Notes: generated from the sequence alone by a model not told the origin. 64,000 bases of DNA from an uncultured delta proteobacterium (GCA_963728565.1 CAVSLC010000028.1:32001-96000); one strand, 5' to 3'. Positions 42,515 to 53,036 are shown, counted from the stretch's first letter. Made by a program: numbers and translations.

Positions 42515-44239
42515 TTAGAGATCTTCCCAGCCGGCTTTTTTTCTTTGTCGTTTGTCGAAGTAGCGCGCGACCATGGTAACCAGAAAGAATCCGCACATAT
42601 AAAGCGTTCCTAGCGCCGCGGTACCGGATATATCAGGAACGTTCCACAAAACCCACATGGCCGACGGTAGAATCATGTTGCGCCCGGTCATCAGAAAAAT
42701 CGCGAAAGTAAAATCGCGCAAAGTCGCGGAAAACGCCCAGAGCCAACCGTTTAGCAACGCCGGGAAGAGCAGCGGCAGTGTCACCGTCCGCACGGCGCGG
42801 ACGGTGGTCGCGCCGGTGACTCTCGCGGCTTCCTCGAGTTCCTTGTGTTGCTGCAAAAGAGCGGCGCTGAGAACGCGGGTGGTAAACGGCAGATGAGCAA
42901 CGATATGCGCCATAATTAAAACCCAGATACTGCCGTGAATCGGCGTCATGACGTAAGTCAAAAATACCGCCAGGGCCAGCACTACGTTGGGAATCCCCAT
43001 GGGCGTCATGGCGAATACTTCCACCCAGCGCATTTTGCGCTTGACCGAGAACCAACTGGCACAAAAAGCAATAAGCACCGACACTGTCGGGGCGATAACA
43101 ACAAGGATCAGCGTATTGACCGCGCTCTGCCGCACTTGAGGATTCGTCAGTGTTCGAAAATAGCTCTGCAAGCTGATCTGGCTCAGCGCTTCGAGCGAAG
43201 GCGGCTGATAAACTTTGACAAGGCTGGCCCACATCAGGATGAAAATCGGCAAAGCATAAGAAACAATCACCAGCATAACGAATCCCAAGGCGATATATTT
43301 CCAGGGACCCAACTTGAGCTGGCGCGGGCGAAAAGACTTGCCCGTAACCACGCTAAACCTGTCCTGTTGGCGCGTTAGCCAAAAATAAAGAAGCATCAGC
43401 AACAGCGCCAGCAGCAGCAAAACCACACCGAAGGCCGCGGCCAAACCGTACATCGGTAAACCGTCTTCCGCTTTGGTGAGCAGATAGATGTGAACGCTCA
43501 GCACTCGTATGCCACCAGGCACTCCGATGGCAAGCGCCGTCTCCATAACCTGTACGAGAACCATTCCGAAATAGATCAGCGCCGACAAAATACCCGGCAG
43601 CAGCAGCGGCAGAGTAATCTTGCGCAAAACCGTAAGGCGGCGGCTGCCGGCAGTCTGCGCCGCCTCCTCGAACTCCGGATTCATCTGTCTGAACACCGGG
43701 CTGAGCATCAAAAATGCGTTATTGCTGAGACCGATGCCGGTGACAAAGATCATCGCCGGCATCGTATAGATGTTCAGTGGACCGCTGGGAGCTTGAAGAC
43801 CGAGCCCGCTGCGCAGAAGATGATTGATCCAGCCAAGGCCGGGCGACAGCAGGAGTACCCAACCAAAAGCTTTCAACATGGTGGGCACCGCAAGCGATAC
43901 CAGCATCGCGGTGTAGATTACCGAGCGAAACGGAATATCGGTCCGCTCAACCAGAAACGCAATCGTCGCACCCAAGCTCAGAGATAAGATAAGCGCGCCG
44001 CCGCCATAGATCGCAGTATTAACCAAGACCTGAAACATTCGCGGACTTGAGAAAATCGCCCCGAAGTTGTCCAGCGAAACGCCAGGATCCAGAGGCAGCG
44101 CCGTCGGCGGTCGAAGACTCGTAATGAATAAAATAATAAGTGGCGCACCAAGCAGCACAAGCACGATAGCCGCTATCACTGCCGTGAGCAGACGCCCCTG
44201 CGTTCTTGAAGCTCCTCTGCTTTGCACAAATGCGTTCAT
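42515..44239 (-). CDS. ABC transporter permease with two fused TM domains (FbpB type)
   Basis: Two EAA loops (FEEAAQTAGS, LEEAARVTGA). Confidence 0.92.
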   Translation of the reverse strand: MNAFVQSRGASRTQGRLLTAVIAAIVLVLLGAPLIILFITSLRPPTALPLDPGVSLDNFGAIFSSPRMFQVLVNTAIYGGGALILSLSLGATIAFLVERTDIPFRSVIYTAMLVSLAVPTMLKAFGWVLLLSPGLGWINHLLRSGLGLQAPSGPLNIYTMPAMIFVTGIGLSNNAFLMLSPVFRQMNPEFEEAAQTAGSRRLTVLRKITLPLLLPGILSALIYFGMVLVQVMETALAIGVPGGIRVLSVHIYLLTKAEDGLPMYGLAAAFGVVLLLLALLLMLLYFWLTRQQDRFSVVTGKSFRPRQLKLGPWKYIALGFVMLVIVSYALPIFILMWASLVKVYQPPSLEALSQISLQSYFRTLTNPQVRQSAVNTLILVVIAPTVSVLIAFCASWFSVKRKMRWVEVFAMTPMGIPNVVLALAVFLTYVMTPIHGSIWVLIMAHIVAHLPFTTRVLSAALLQQHKELEEAARVTGATTVRAVRTVTLPLLFPALLNGWLWAFSATLRDFTFAIFLMTGRNMILPSAMWVLWNVPDISGTAALGTLYMCGFFLVTMVARYFDKRQRKKAGWEDL

Positions 44240-44513
44240 GTATTTGTTCTGATCACCTCAGGCGATATCAGTCTTTATCGCTTTTGAAAATAGTTACGGA
44301 GAATCATGACTAACCGGCTGAAGTTCCTATCAAGGAAGTAGAGAGAAACATATCGATCTCCCTTGCGTTCGATTAGCGCTGTTAATGATGGTTAATGATC
44401 GGAACGAATGACTTACGGGAACATAAACATGAAAAGAGTTGTTAGTGACTCCTGGGAACGCTTTCGTTCGATGATTGATTTTCGCTGAACCCTTGATCGC
44501 TCGCAGCAATTCC

Positions 44514-45062
44514 CTACAGCGGCAGAACCGGCCGGCCAGGCGGCGTTTCCACCTCGAAAGCGTTGAGCGAGCACGCAAGCCCCACATAGGCGCCGAGGAT
44601 GCCGGTCAACTCGACTAATCGATGAACACCGAGACGCGCTTTTAGCGCATCGAACGTCGCGGGCGTTATCCGGTGCGGCGGCCGGAGAAGCTCCTGGACA
44701 TAACGCACCACCTCCGCCTCGAGTTCACTGAGTCCGGCCGGCGCCTTGCGATTCTGAATGATCTTGATGCATTCTTGCCGGACTCCGGCTTTGAGCGCAT
44801 CATCCGCATGCGCCGCCCACTCGAACGCGCAGTCCATCTCCCGGGCCACGGTACAGATCGCCAGCTCCTTTACATCCTGGGGAAAATCCGTGCTGAAAAG
44901 CGCATAGCCGATCAGGTGTGCGGTGCGCGCCGCCAGGTCGGGAGCATGAAGGAGGAAATTATAGGGAGCGCCGATGCGCTTTCGGCTGGCGATAATCGAA
45001 TCGTAGAATTCCCGCTGGTGTTGCGGAAGTTCCTCTCGGTGGGTGATCTCGGGTACTCTCAC
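44514..45062 (-). CDS. Carboxymuconolactone decarboxylase / AhpD family protein
   Basis: GAGGAGG + GTG 45062; ELAICTVAREMDCAFEWAAH...AGV. Confidence 0.85.
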   Translation of the reverse strand: MRVPEITHREELPQHQREFYDSIIASRKRIGAPYNFLLHAPDLAARTAHLIGYALFSTDFPQDVKELAICTVAREMDCAFEWAAHADDALKAGVRQECIKIIQNRKAPAGLSELEAEVVRYVQELLRPPHRITPATFDALKARLGVHRLVELTGILGAYVGLACSLNAFEVETPPGRPVLPL

Positions 45063-45191
45063 GATTGCCTCCTCTAATAAGCACACCTGGACGCTAAACT
45101 TGTTCTTCTTTTTCTTGGCGCCTTTGCGCCTTGGCGGGCGACACTTCCGAACTGCGTGTAATTCGTCCCTTCGTGGTGAGTCCCGCATTAC

Positions 45192-46397
45192 CTAGGTCAG
45201 CAACTCGATCGCCGTCGCGGCGTAAATCTTCGCCGCATCGCGAACGTCTTGTAGCGGGACGGCCTCTTGATCGGTGTGCGCAAAGCGCAAATCGCCGGGA
45301 CCGAACATAATCGTTTCGATGCCATTGCGATTGAGAAATCCGGCGTCGAGAGCGGCGGGCGAATAAAACAATTCGGATTGCTTCTTGGTCAACTCGCGAC
45401 TGGCGCGATCGATTGCCGCCACGATGGCGGCGTCCCGGGCGACCTCGGCGGGATACATGAAAGCGCCGCGCGTGACCGCGATGGACCAGCCGCGCAAATC
45501 CCGGAGCGCTTCTTGAATTTCTCGAAACGCCGCATCCGGATCCTCACCGGGTAACAGCCTGCGATCGAGCACGGCGCGGCAAACATCCGGGATCGTATGG
45601 CTTATGTCCGGTCCGCTTGTGACTTGTGTCACCGTCAAGGTCGCGTTGCCGAGACCATGATGAGCGGCCTTGAGCGGCAGTCGATCCAACCGTTCCATCA
45701 CCCGGCGAAATCCGTCCACGGCGTTGATGCCTCGTTCGGGCATGCTGCTGTGGGCCGACTTGCCGCGCACGATGATTTCGACATCGATCCGGCCCTTGTT
45801 GCCGAGGCAGATTCGATTGCCGGTTCCCAGACCGATGATGGCCGAGTGTGCGCTGACGGTATCATTTTCTAAAATAAATCTTGCCGCGTCGTGACGGCCG
45901 GTCTCGCCCGCCAAGCTCACCGCCATAATTAGCGGCGCGCGCAAGTTTAATTGGGCCCGCGCTACAATTGCCGCGGCGTAGATCATTGCCGCCAGCGCTC
46001 CTTTTTGTTCGCATGCGCCGCGGCCGAGAGCGCACTGCGCCGCAGCGCCGAACGCCTCACCGTCTACGACCGCGCCGGAGAACGGTTGTTTCATCGAAGC
46101 GGCCGGAAAGGTCATGGCGTAGCCCATCAGCAGCAATCCCGCGCCGATTTCATCGCTGGCGCCGCCCAGGCGCCAGATCAAGTTGCCCATGGCGTCGATG
46201 GCGCCGGCGCTTCCGGTCAACTCCGCCAAACGCGGCCCAATCATTTCCGCGATGAACGCTTTTAGCTGAGGGTCGGCTTCGAGCCGTTCGGTCTGCACTG
46301 AGGGATAACGCAGCAGTTCGACAAGCAGCCGGTCGATCTCTGGGTCATCGGCAACTTGATCCAAGGCAGTGAATGCGTGCGCGGAAGTCATCATCAT
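45192..46397 (-). CDS. M20 (ArgE/DapE-like) peptidase homologue with altered metal site
   Basis: GRGACEQKG, GKSAHSSMPERGINA, DRRLLPGE, FGPG...AHTDQE. Confidence 0.85.
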   Translation of the reverse strand: MMMTSAHAFTALDQVADDPEIDRLLVELLRYPSVQTERLEADPQLKAFIAEMIGPRLAELTGSAGAIDAMGNLIWRLGGASDEIGAGLLLMGYAMTFPAASMKQPFSGAVVDGEAFGAAAQCALGRGACEQKGALAAMIYAAAIVARAQLNLRAPLIMAVSLAGETGRHDAARFILENDTVSAHSAIIGLGTGNRICLGNKGRIDVEIIVRGKSAHSSMPERGINAVDGFRRVMERLDRLPLKAAHHGLGNATLTVTQVTSGPDISHTIPDVCRAVLDRRLLPGEDPDAAFREIQEALRDLRGWSIAVTRGAFMYPAEVARDAAIVAAIDRASRELTKKQSELFYSPAALDAGFLNRNGIETIMFGPGDLRFAHTDQEAVPLQDVRDAAKIYAATAIELLT

Positions 46398-46416
46398 CGG
46401 CGCCTGCAGCGCGCCG

Positions 46417-47589
46417 TCACCAGGCTTGCTCTAGCACTTCGAGAACCTGTTCCGCGGCGGTTACCGGTTTGGGATTGGTGTGAATGCTGTAATCATCCAA
46501 AGCATCGCGGGCGAGCTGTGTGAGACCCTCGCGCGGCACTCCCAGCTCACGCAGTCGCAGCGGCAGCCCCATCCTTCGGTTCATGGCAAAAACATGCTCA
46601 GGAACGGCCGCCGCAAGAGCGTTTTCATCTGCGCCTTCGATACCGATCTCGCGCGCCATCCGCGCATGCGCTTCCACCGTAGCGTCGAGATTCCAGCGCA
46701 TAGCGTAGGGCAGCATTAGAGCATGAATCTCGGCGTGCGGCGCTTTATAGCGGCCGCCGATCACGTGAACGATCGCATGATGAATGCCGGTCCAAGCGCT
46801 GTAAACCCCCATGCCGGAAAGACAGGCTGCCACCTGAACGTGACTCAACGCTTCGAGCTCCCGGGAATTTTCCACGGCGCGCGGCAGGTAACGCGCGATC
46901 AGCCCAATACCCCTGAGACAATAGGCGTCGGTGAGCGGCTGGGTTTCGGTTGAGTACACCGCCTCGACACAATGGGCCAATGCATTCATTCCCGAGGCCG
47001 CGAGCAATCTTGACGGCGCGGTCGCCGCTGCCTCGGGATCGAGAATTACCACGCGCGGGGCAAGTTTAGGGTCGGCGACGATATACTTCTTGCCGCCCTC
47101 GCTGATACCTGCCGAGTAACTGTACTCTCCGCCGGAGAGTGTCGTCGGGATCGCGATATGCGGCAGCTTCGGCGCCGGCATGGGCGGTACTTGTTTCTGG
47201 TTAGGCGGCGTAAAGCGCACGCCCAAGCGCGGCAAAGAGCCGCCTTCGGCCAGCAAAGCCGCGACCCCCTTGGCGCTATCGATGGCGCTTCCGCCACCCG
47301 CACTGACCAGCACATCGATGCCCGCTTCGCGCGCGCTCTCGACGGCTTTGGCAATCGACTCCGTCGGCGAATGCGGTTTGACCTGATCGAAAACCGTGAC
47401 GCATTTCGCTCCGAGTCCGCACTTGATGCGATCGAGCAAGAACGTTTTAGCGACCGACGGCGAGATCACGAGCATCGCGCGCGTTCCGCCAAGCCCGTCG
47501 ATCTCACCGGATAATTTTTCAATCGATCCCGGCCCGGAAACGATGCGCTCGACCCGCGGATTGTTAAAAATAAAAGTTGAAGCCGCCAT
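46417..47589 (-). CDS. Iron-containing alcohol dehydrogenase family, maleylacetate-reductase-like
   Basis: GGGSAIDSAK, IPTTLSGGE, MNALAHCVE, HHAIVHVIGG, PHAE. Confidence 0.9.
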   Translation of the reverse strand: MAASTFIFNNPRVERIVSGPGSIEKLSGEIDGLGGTRAMLVISPSVAKTFLLDRIKCGLGAKCVTVFDQVKPHSPTESIAKAVESAREAGIDVLVSAGGGSAIDSAKGVAALLAEGGSLPRLGVRFTPPNQKQVPPMPAPKLPHIAIPTTLSGGEYSYSAGISEGGKKYIVADPKLAPRVVILDPEAAATAPSRLLAASGMNALAHCVEAVYSTETQPLTDAYCLRGIGLIARYLPRAVENSRELEALSHVQVAACLSGMGVYSAWTGIHHAIVHVIGGRYKAPHAEIHALMLPYAMRWNLDATVEAHARMAREIGIEGADENALAAAVPEHVFAMNRRMGLPLRLRELGVPREGLTQLARDALDDYSIHTNPKPVTAAEQVLEVLEQAW

Positions 47590-47598
47590 TTTGCCCGC

Positions 47599-48657
47599 CT
47601 ATTTCAGAATTTCTTTAAGCCGCGCGATCAGAGGAGGGTCAAGACGAAGAAGCTCTTTGACGTTGCGCTCGAGATCTTCGCCCGATCCCGGATTGATTTC
47701 CAAATTGGCTTTGGCCGCCTCCTTGAGCAATTCCGGATCTTTGACAGTCTCCATAAAAGCGGTGCGCAGGATCTCCACCCGATCCTTCGGCGTCCCTGGA
47801 GGCAACACGTAAGGACGCACCGCGGCGCCATGAGCTTGGGCCACTGCTTGCATCAGTTTTCGCGCCTCGTCTGTCTTGGCGATATTCATAGTCAAAGGCA
47901 CCTTAGGAAGATCCGGATGAGGTTTGGCACTGACCTGAAGCACAATGATCACCTCGCCGTTATCGAGCTCTTTCCTCCACGTCGAGCGAAACGACTGCCA
48001 CGAATTGCTCAGGCCGCCGACCTCGTCGCTGTTGAATGCCAAGCGAATCGGGGCGGTCCCTTTATAACCCGAAACCACCTGGATCGGCAGGCCGAGAGCG
48101 ACTTCGGCAACCTTGGGAATATCATAAGTGCCGTCACCTGCCGCTATCGCGCCGAACTTGACCGCTGTCTTCGATGCCAACCATTGCTCGAGGTTGGTGA
48201 TGCCCGTGGTCTTGGCTACGCCAAAGACAAAATTGTCCTGAGCAGGCACCCCGACGTATTCGAATTTGAGCGCATCGAATTCAATGCCGGGCTTGCCGAG
48301 GAGCTGTTGAAGAAATTGTCCGCCAACGAAATGGCCGATGGTGAGACCGTCGGGTTTGGCCACCTTGAAGAGATGATTCGCCGAAACCAATCCGCCCGCT
48401 CCCGGCATGTTGTCAACGATGATGGCAGGTTTGCCGGGAATATGATTGCTGAAATGGCGCGCGATAAGACGTGTGTAGGTATCGTACCCGCCACCTGGCG
48501 AGGTTCCAACGATGATCCGGATTGTTTTTCCCTCATAGAACGGCGCCGCGCCATGAACGCGCTGGTCATTGACACCCAACGCAATCAACAGAACAGCGCA
48601 AGCGGTCGTTAAACCCCGAAACCTCACCGGCAAACGTCTCAGAATTCTGACTGGCAT
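47599..48657 (-). CDS. TctC/Bug-like substrate-binding protein
   Basis: FYEGKTIRIIVGTSPGGGYD, NMPGAGG, KPDGLT, PPGTPKDRV; start uncertain. Confidence 0.88.
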   Translation of the reverse strand: MPVRILRRLPVRFRGLTTACAVLLIALGVNDQRVHGAAPFYEGKTIRIIVGTSPGGGYDTYTRLIARHFSNHIPGKPAIIVDNMPGAGGLVSANHLFKVAKPDGLTIGHFVGGQFLQQLLGKPGIEFDALKFEYVGVPAQDNFVFGVAKTTGITNLEQWLASKTAVKFGAIAAGDGTYDIPKVAEVALGLPIQVVSGYKGTAPIRLAFNSDEVGGLSNSWQSFRSTWRKELDNGEVIIVLQVSAKPHPDLPKVPLTMNIAKTDEARKLMQAVAQAHGAAVRPYVLPPGTPKDRVEILRTAFMETVKDPELLKEAAKANLEINPGSGEDLERNVKELLRLDPPLIARLKEILK

Positions 48658-48955
48658 TTTTTCATTGCTCCTTTCACAATGTTTTATCGACAGAACAACG
48701 AGCTGCTGCGACATAGCCGTGATCACAAACGACCGGATTGTCGAGCAACCGACAACGACCCAACTCTCGTTAGCACTTGCCGTACATTCCGCCGTCTACG
48801 ACGAGCCGCTCGTGGTGTCAAGGGATACCTTCACGTCTCAGAAGGAATCTTAGTCAGGCGTCAACCAAAGGAGCTACCCTGAATGGTGATCTCTTGCTAG
48901 GGCGATAGCTGATTTGGTAACAATCTCGAAGCATTTTCGCGGGGAGTGACGAAGC

Positions 48956-49693
48956 ATGAAACTCGCTGAACTTCACTGGCCGGAAGTGGAAAAGCTCGAC
49001 AGAGAAAAAATAGTCGCCGTGATTCCAGTGGGGTCGATGGAGCAGCATGGCCCGCACCTGCCCTTTCAGGTCGATGTTTTTTGCGCGTCGCGCCTGGCCG
49101 AGGATCTCGAGCAGAAAATCCCTGACGTCCTGCTGGTGCCGTCGCTTTGGGCCGGTGTTTCGGCGCACCATATGGATTTTCCGGGCTCCATCACTTTGCG
49201 CGCCAGAGTCTTCATCGACGTTTTACATGACATCTGCGGTTCGCTACATCATCATGGCTTCCGCCGAATCGTGCTGTTAAACGGCCACGGCGGCAATCGC
49301 TCTAGCCTGGAAGTATTGGGACAAGAACTCTTCGTCGAGTTCGGCTTGACCGTGAACACATTGGCTTATTGGGACTTGGTGCCGGATCTCGTCAAGTCGC
49401 TCAAGAAAACCAAATCGAGCGGCATGGGCCATTCGGGCGAGCTCGAAACATCGCTGATGCTTTACCTCGCGCCCAAGTTGGTCAATCGGCAAGCTATCCC
49501 GCAGGGAGTTCTCGGCATCGAACCGGCCGGCCCCACGAGCGGGATCAAACGTTACGTCAATATGAAGGAGCATTCGGCGCAAGGTGTGATCGGCATGCCG
49601 TCGGCGGCCAGTCCGGAGATCGGCAAGGAGCTATACGAGGGCGCGCTCAACGCGCTCGAAAAAGCGCTTCGCGCCCTCCAGGCAGACCATTGA
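48956..49693 (+). CDS. Creatininase family protein
   Basis: PVGSMEQHGPHLP..D, HHMDFPGS, NGHGGN, HSGELETS. Confidence 0.92.
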   Translation: MKLAELHWPEVEKLDREKIVAVIPVGSMEQHGPHLPFQVDVFCASRLAEDLEQKIPDVLLVPSLWAGVSAHHMDFPGSITLRARVFIDVLHDICGSLHHHGFRRIVLLNGHGGNRSSLEVLGQELFVEFGLTVNTLAYWDLVPDLVKSLKKTKSSGMGHSGELETSLMLYLAPKLVNRQAIPQGVLGIEPAGPTSGIKRYVNMKEHSAQGVIGMPSAASPEIGKELYEGALNALEKALRALQADH

Positions 49694-49713
49694 TTTGTGA
49701 GCGCATCGCCGTT

Positions 49714-49950
49714 TCAATTCTTTAAAAACTCGGCGTATTTTTCACCGAGCTGCTTGTAAACGCTTTCGCTGCGCTGGATCTCTTCGACCAATTTGATTTT
49801 ATCGGCGTCTTTCAACGGCGGATGAACTCCCCGTAAATTGAACTCGCATCCTTGGCGAGCGCTTCCATGCTCTCTCGGCTGTACCAATGGCCGATCGATA
49901 ATTTGGCCGACGCGATTCTTTGGCCGAAATAGCGCCGTGTTTTTTGCGGC
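49714..49950 (-). pseudogene. 3' remnant of a solute-binding protein gene
   Basis: VHPPLKDADKIKLVE...KYAEFLK resembles the C-terminus of 35063-36071 (IYPSLPDADKIQAVE). Confidence 0.55.
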
Positions 49951-49953
49951 GTT

Positions 49954-51027
49954 CTATTTGACCCTTAATATCTTTTTTACCTGATTTACCACCTCGGCTG
50001 GCTGCACCATGATGCGCTCGGCTAAGCTCTGTAGCTCTTCGCCTGAAACCGGCTCAATCACCCAGCCGCCTTTCTGTGCCTCGGCAATGAGCTCGGGATC
50101 GCCGAGCGCTTTCGCATAGGCGTCGCGGAGTATTTTCACTCGATCCATAGGCGTACCTGGAGGAGCCATCATCGGGTGACCGAAGCCCTCTCCCGCCGCC
50201 AAAACCTCCATAGCTCGGCGGTTGACCTCCGGAGTTTTGTACCGATCCATCAGCTCGAATATCGTCGGCGTCTCTGCGGCGCGCGGATCGCGCTTGCGGC
50301 CGGTCTGCAGCAAGTGGCGGTCGAATCCTTTTGCGTGCCACGAAAGAAACGGCTCTCTGCTAAAGTGGGCTGTCAGTCCAAGATCCCGGCAGACGACTTC
50401 GCCCCTAACAACAGCCAGATCAACCTCGTTGGCGCCCTGATAACCCAAGACCAATTCGAACTTTGCGCCCAACGCTTCTTCCAAAGCGACAATCAGGCTC
50501 GAGCTTTCCCAGCCGGTGCCGCCGCACTTGGGCGGAACCTTGCTTTTGATGACATCGTCAATGGTCTTATATGGAGTGTCCGCCCTGATATAGAGAATCG
50601 CGGGGTTTCGGTCGGGAGAACCGAGCCAGAGAAATCTCCGCATCTGAAATTTGACTTCGTCGTTGCCGACGAATTCGCCCATGTAGATTTGCTGCGTCGG
50701 CATGCCGACTGTGAGACCGTCGGGCTGGGCAAGATTATAAACGTAGTTGGTTGCGATTACCGATCCCGCGCCCGGCATCGCCTGGACCACGAAACTCGGA
50801 TTGCCCAGGATGTATTTCGGCATATAGCGCGCGAGAAGCCGCGCCCAATAGTCATAACCTCCCGAAGGACCTACGATCACTCTGACCGTTTTACCTTCAT
50901 AGAAGGGTTTGCTTTGGGCATGGACGGCGACGGGATTCATAACCTCCAAGTTCGCTACGGGTCCCAACCGCGTTGAGGTGCAGAGCCAAAGAAGCAAAGA
51001 TAGCAAGACGAATGACTTCGATTTCAC
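49954..51027 (-). CDS. TctC/Bug-like substrate-binding protein
   Basis: FYEGKTVRVIVG, MPGAGS, PDGLT, PPGTPMDRV. Confidence 0.88.
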   Translation of the reverse strand: MKSKSFVLLSLLLWLCTSTRLGPVANLEVMNPVAVHAQSKPFYEGKTVRVIVGPSGGYDYWARLLARYMPKYILGNPSFVVQAMPGAGSVIATNYVYNLAQPDGLTVGMPTQQIYMGEFVGNDEVKFQMRRFLWLGSPDRNPAILYIRADTPYKTIDDVIKSKVPPKCGGTGWESSSLIVALEEALGAKFELVLGYQGANEVDLAVVRGEVVCRDLGLTAHFSREPFLSWHAKGFDRHLLQTGRKRDPRAAETPTIFELMDRYKTPEVNRRAMEVLAAGEGFGHPMMAPPGTPMDRVKILRDAYAKALGDPELIAEAQKGGWVIEPVSGEELQSLAERIMVQPAEVVNQVKKILRVK

Positions 51028-51051
51028 CAGGCACCTACTCTCGTTGTAAAG

Positions 51052-51699
51052 TTACGGCCGACGCGGGTCTTTACCGCTGGCTTCGGGTCCATCGTACACG
51101 GTGTCGACCTCGATCATTTCGTAGGATGCGACAAAGCGATGCTTGTTGTCGCCGGAGTACGCCTGGCCGCAGTAATGCGCAGGTCGGAGCTTGTTTAAAA
51201 TCGCCCAGCCATCTTGATCGATGCAGTCCTCATCGACTGAAGCAGCAACAACCCTCCCGACCACCATCAGCCGGGTGCCAAACCACTCTTTGGTCCACTC
51301 GACGCGGCATTCAAAATGGCTTTTGTACTCGGCAATGCGCGGCGGCTTTACCACTTTTGACGGCAAGGCCGTGAGACCGGCTTTTTCGAGCTCGTTGACT
51401 CCGGGAGCAAAAGGCAACCCGAGTGTTCTGACTTTTTCCAAGATCTCGCGATCGAAAGACGGAATATTGACCACGAACTCGTCCGTTGCGAGAACGTTTC
51501 GATAGGTGTCCTTATGCGAGTCAACGCAGAACGCGATGCAGGTGGGCTCGTGATGCACTCTCACGCAAGTTGCAAAAGATGCCGCGTTGACTCGGCCGGC
51601 TGGATCGACAGTCGTTATCGATACCACGCAAGCGACCGGGATAAACAGTCTGTCATAGTGCTCTGCCGGCACATCGACTTTGTTAATGCCAGATTTCAA
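51052..51699 (-). CDS. Flavin reductase-like (DIM6/NTAB) protein
   Basis: GRVNAASF, KDTYRNV..TDEFVVN, VKPPRIAE...FEC. Confidence 0.88.
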   Translation of the reverse strand: MKSGINKVDVPAEHYDRLFIPVACVVSITTVDPAGRVNAASFATCVRVHHEPTCIAFCVDSHKDTYRNVLATDEFVVNIPSFDREILEKVRTLGLPFAPGVNELEKAGLTALPSKVVKPPRIAEYKSHFECRVEWTKEWFGTRLMVVGRVVAASVDEDCIDQDGWAILNKLRPAHYCGQAYSGDNKHRFVASYEMIEVDTVYDGPEASGKDPRRP

Positions 51700-51965
51700 A
51701 GTCGCCTCCAGTTCGTTTGATTGCGCGATCCTATATAAATTCCGTTCGAATTACACGCTTTCAACTATCTGGAGCATTGGCGTTCAACGTTCAAGCCGCC
51801 GTTCAACGAGAATTTCCCGAAATGACGAGATAGGCCCAGTGAAGTCACGATCGAATTGGGATAGCACTGATTTGACCGGCAGAGGGCAACCTGCTAGGCA
51901 GTTCCGGAGAAAAGATCCATAAGCAAAGCCGCCAAACAAGCGATACGACACGCTGGAGTCAGCTC

Positions 51966-52933
51966 ATGAGCTCGGCATTTGAATTCGGACTACTACTACA
52001 CACCCGCGGCATGCTCGGAGACAAGGACAGCCCGCCGAGTTTCGACGAGCTCTGGGAGGACGCCGCTTACGCCGAGCAGATGAACTTCGACCAGATCTGG
52101 TTGGGCGACAGCGTCTGCATTCTCAACCGCGCGCGCGGTGACTGTCTGACGACAATGGCGGCGCTGGCATGCAAAACCAATCGCATAAAGATCGGCACCG
52201 TTCCATTGATCGCCGCTTTGCGCAATCCCGTGTTGTTGGCGCATTCTCTTGCCACGCTTGACGTCATATCCAAGGGCAGAATTTCGGTCGCGGTGAGCGT
52301 GGCAGGGACGGCGGAGTACAATCATCGTGAGTTCATTGCCTGTGGCGTGCCCTTTCACCAAAAAGCCGGGCGCCTGAGCGAATCGCTCGTACTCATGCGC
52401 CGTCTCTGGTCGGAGAAATCGTTCGCGTTCGACGGCAGGTATTATCAGTTCAAGGAAATCGGCGTGCTCCCCAAGCCGATCCAAAAGCCTGGAATTCCGA
52501 TCTGGATTGCAGCGGCGAAAAAAACAATGCGCTGAGAAGAGTGGCAAAATTCGCCGACGGCTGGGTAACCATCGCTCACAACCTGGAGGATTTCGCCAGC
52601 CGTCGTCGAAAGATTGATCTCTATGCCGCCGAGCTCGGTCGCCGACAGGACGTGCGCGGCTCGTTACTTTTCGCTTCGCTCAACTTGGGCAGAGACGGGG
52701 AAGCCGCAAAGGAGGAAGGTTGGAGTTGGATGGAGCGCTTCTTCGGGCGGCCGCGCCGGGAAATTACCAGTCAAGCGACGATCTTCGGTACCGTGAAAGA
52801 CTGCGCGGCAATTCTCGACCGATATATCGATGCCGGTCTTACCGGCCTGATCATACGCATCGCCTCCGCGGATGAGAAAACCCAAATGCAGCGGCTGATC
52901 GAAGAGTTGAAGCCGGCTCTATCGGCCCGATGA
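51966..52933 (+). CDS. LLM-class flavin-dependent oxidoreductase, frameshift in A-run near 52522
   Basis: FDQIWLGDS, RNPVLLAH..ATLDVISKGR, PKPIQKP.IPIWI, then ALRRVAKFADGW. Confidence 0.85.
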
Positions 52934-53036
52934 GCAATTTCTTACTGACTGTCAAGCGGCTGCATACGTTGCAACGGCATGAGAGCGCGCGCTCCATCCA
53001 ACCTTAAGCAGTGAGTCCGGTTAATCCTCAATCATC

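Noticed and set aside
52515-52530. Programmed frameshift at the A-run in the LLM gene
   Set aside because: One of many similar indels in the window; no stimulatory structure noticed.
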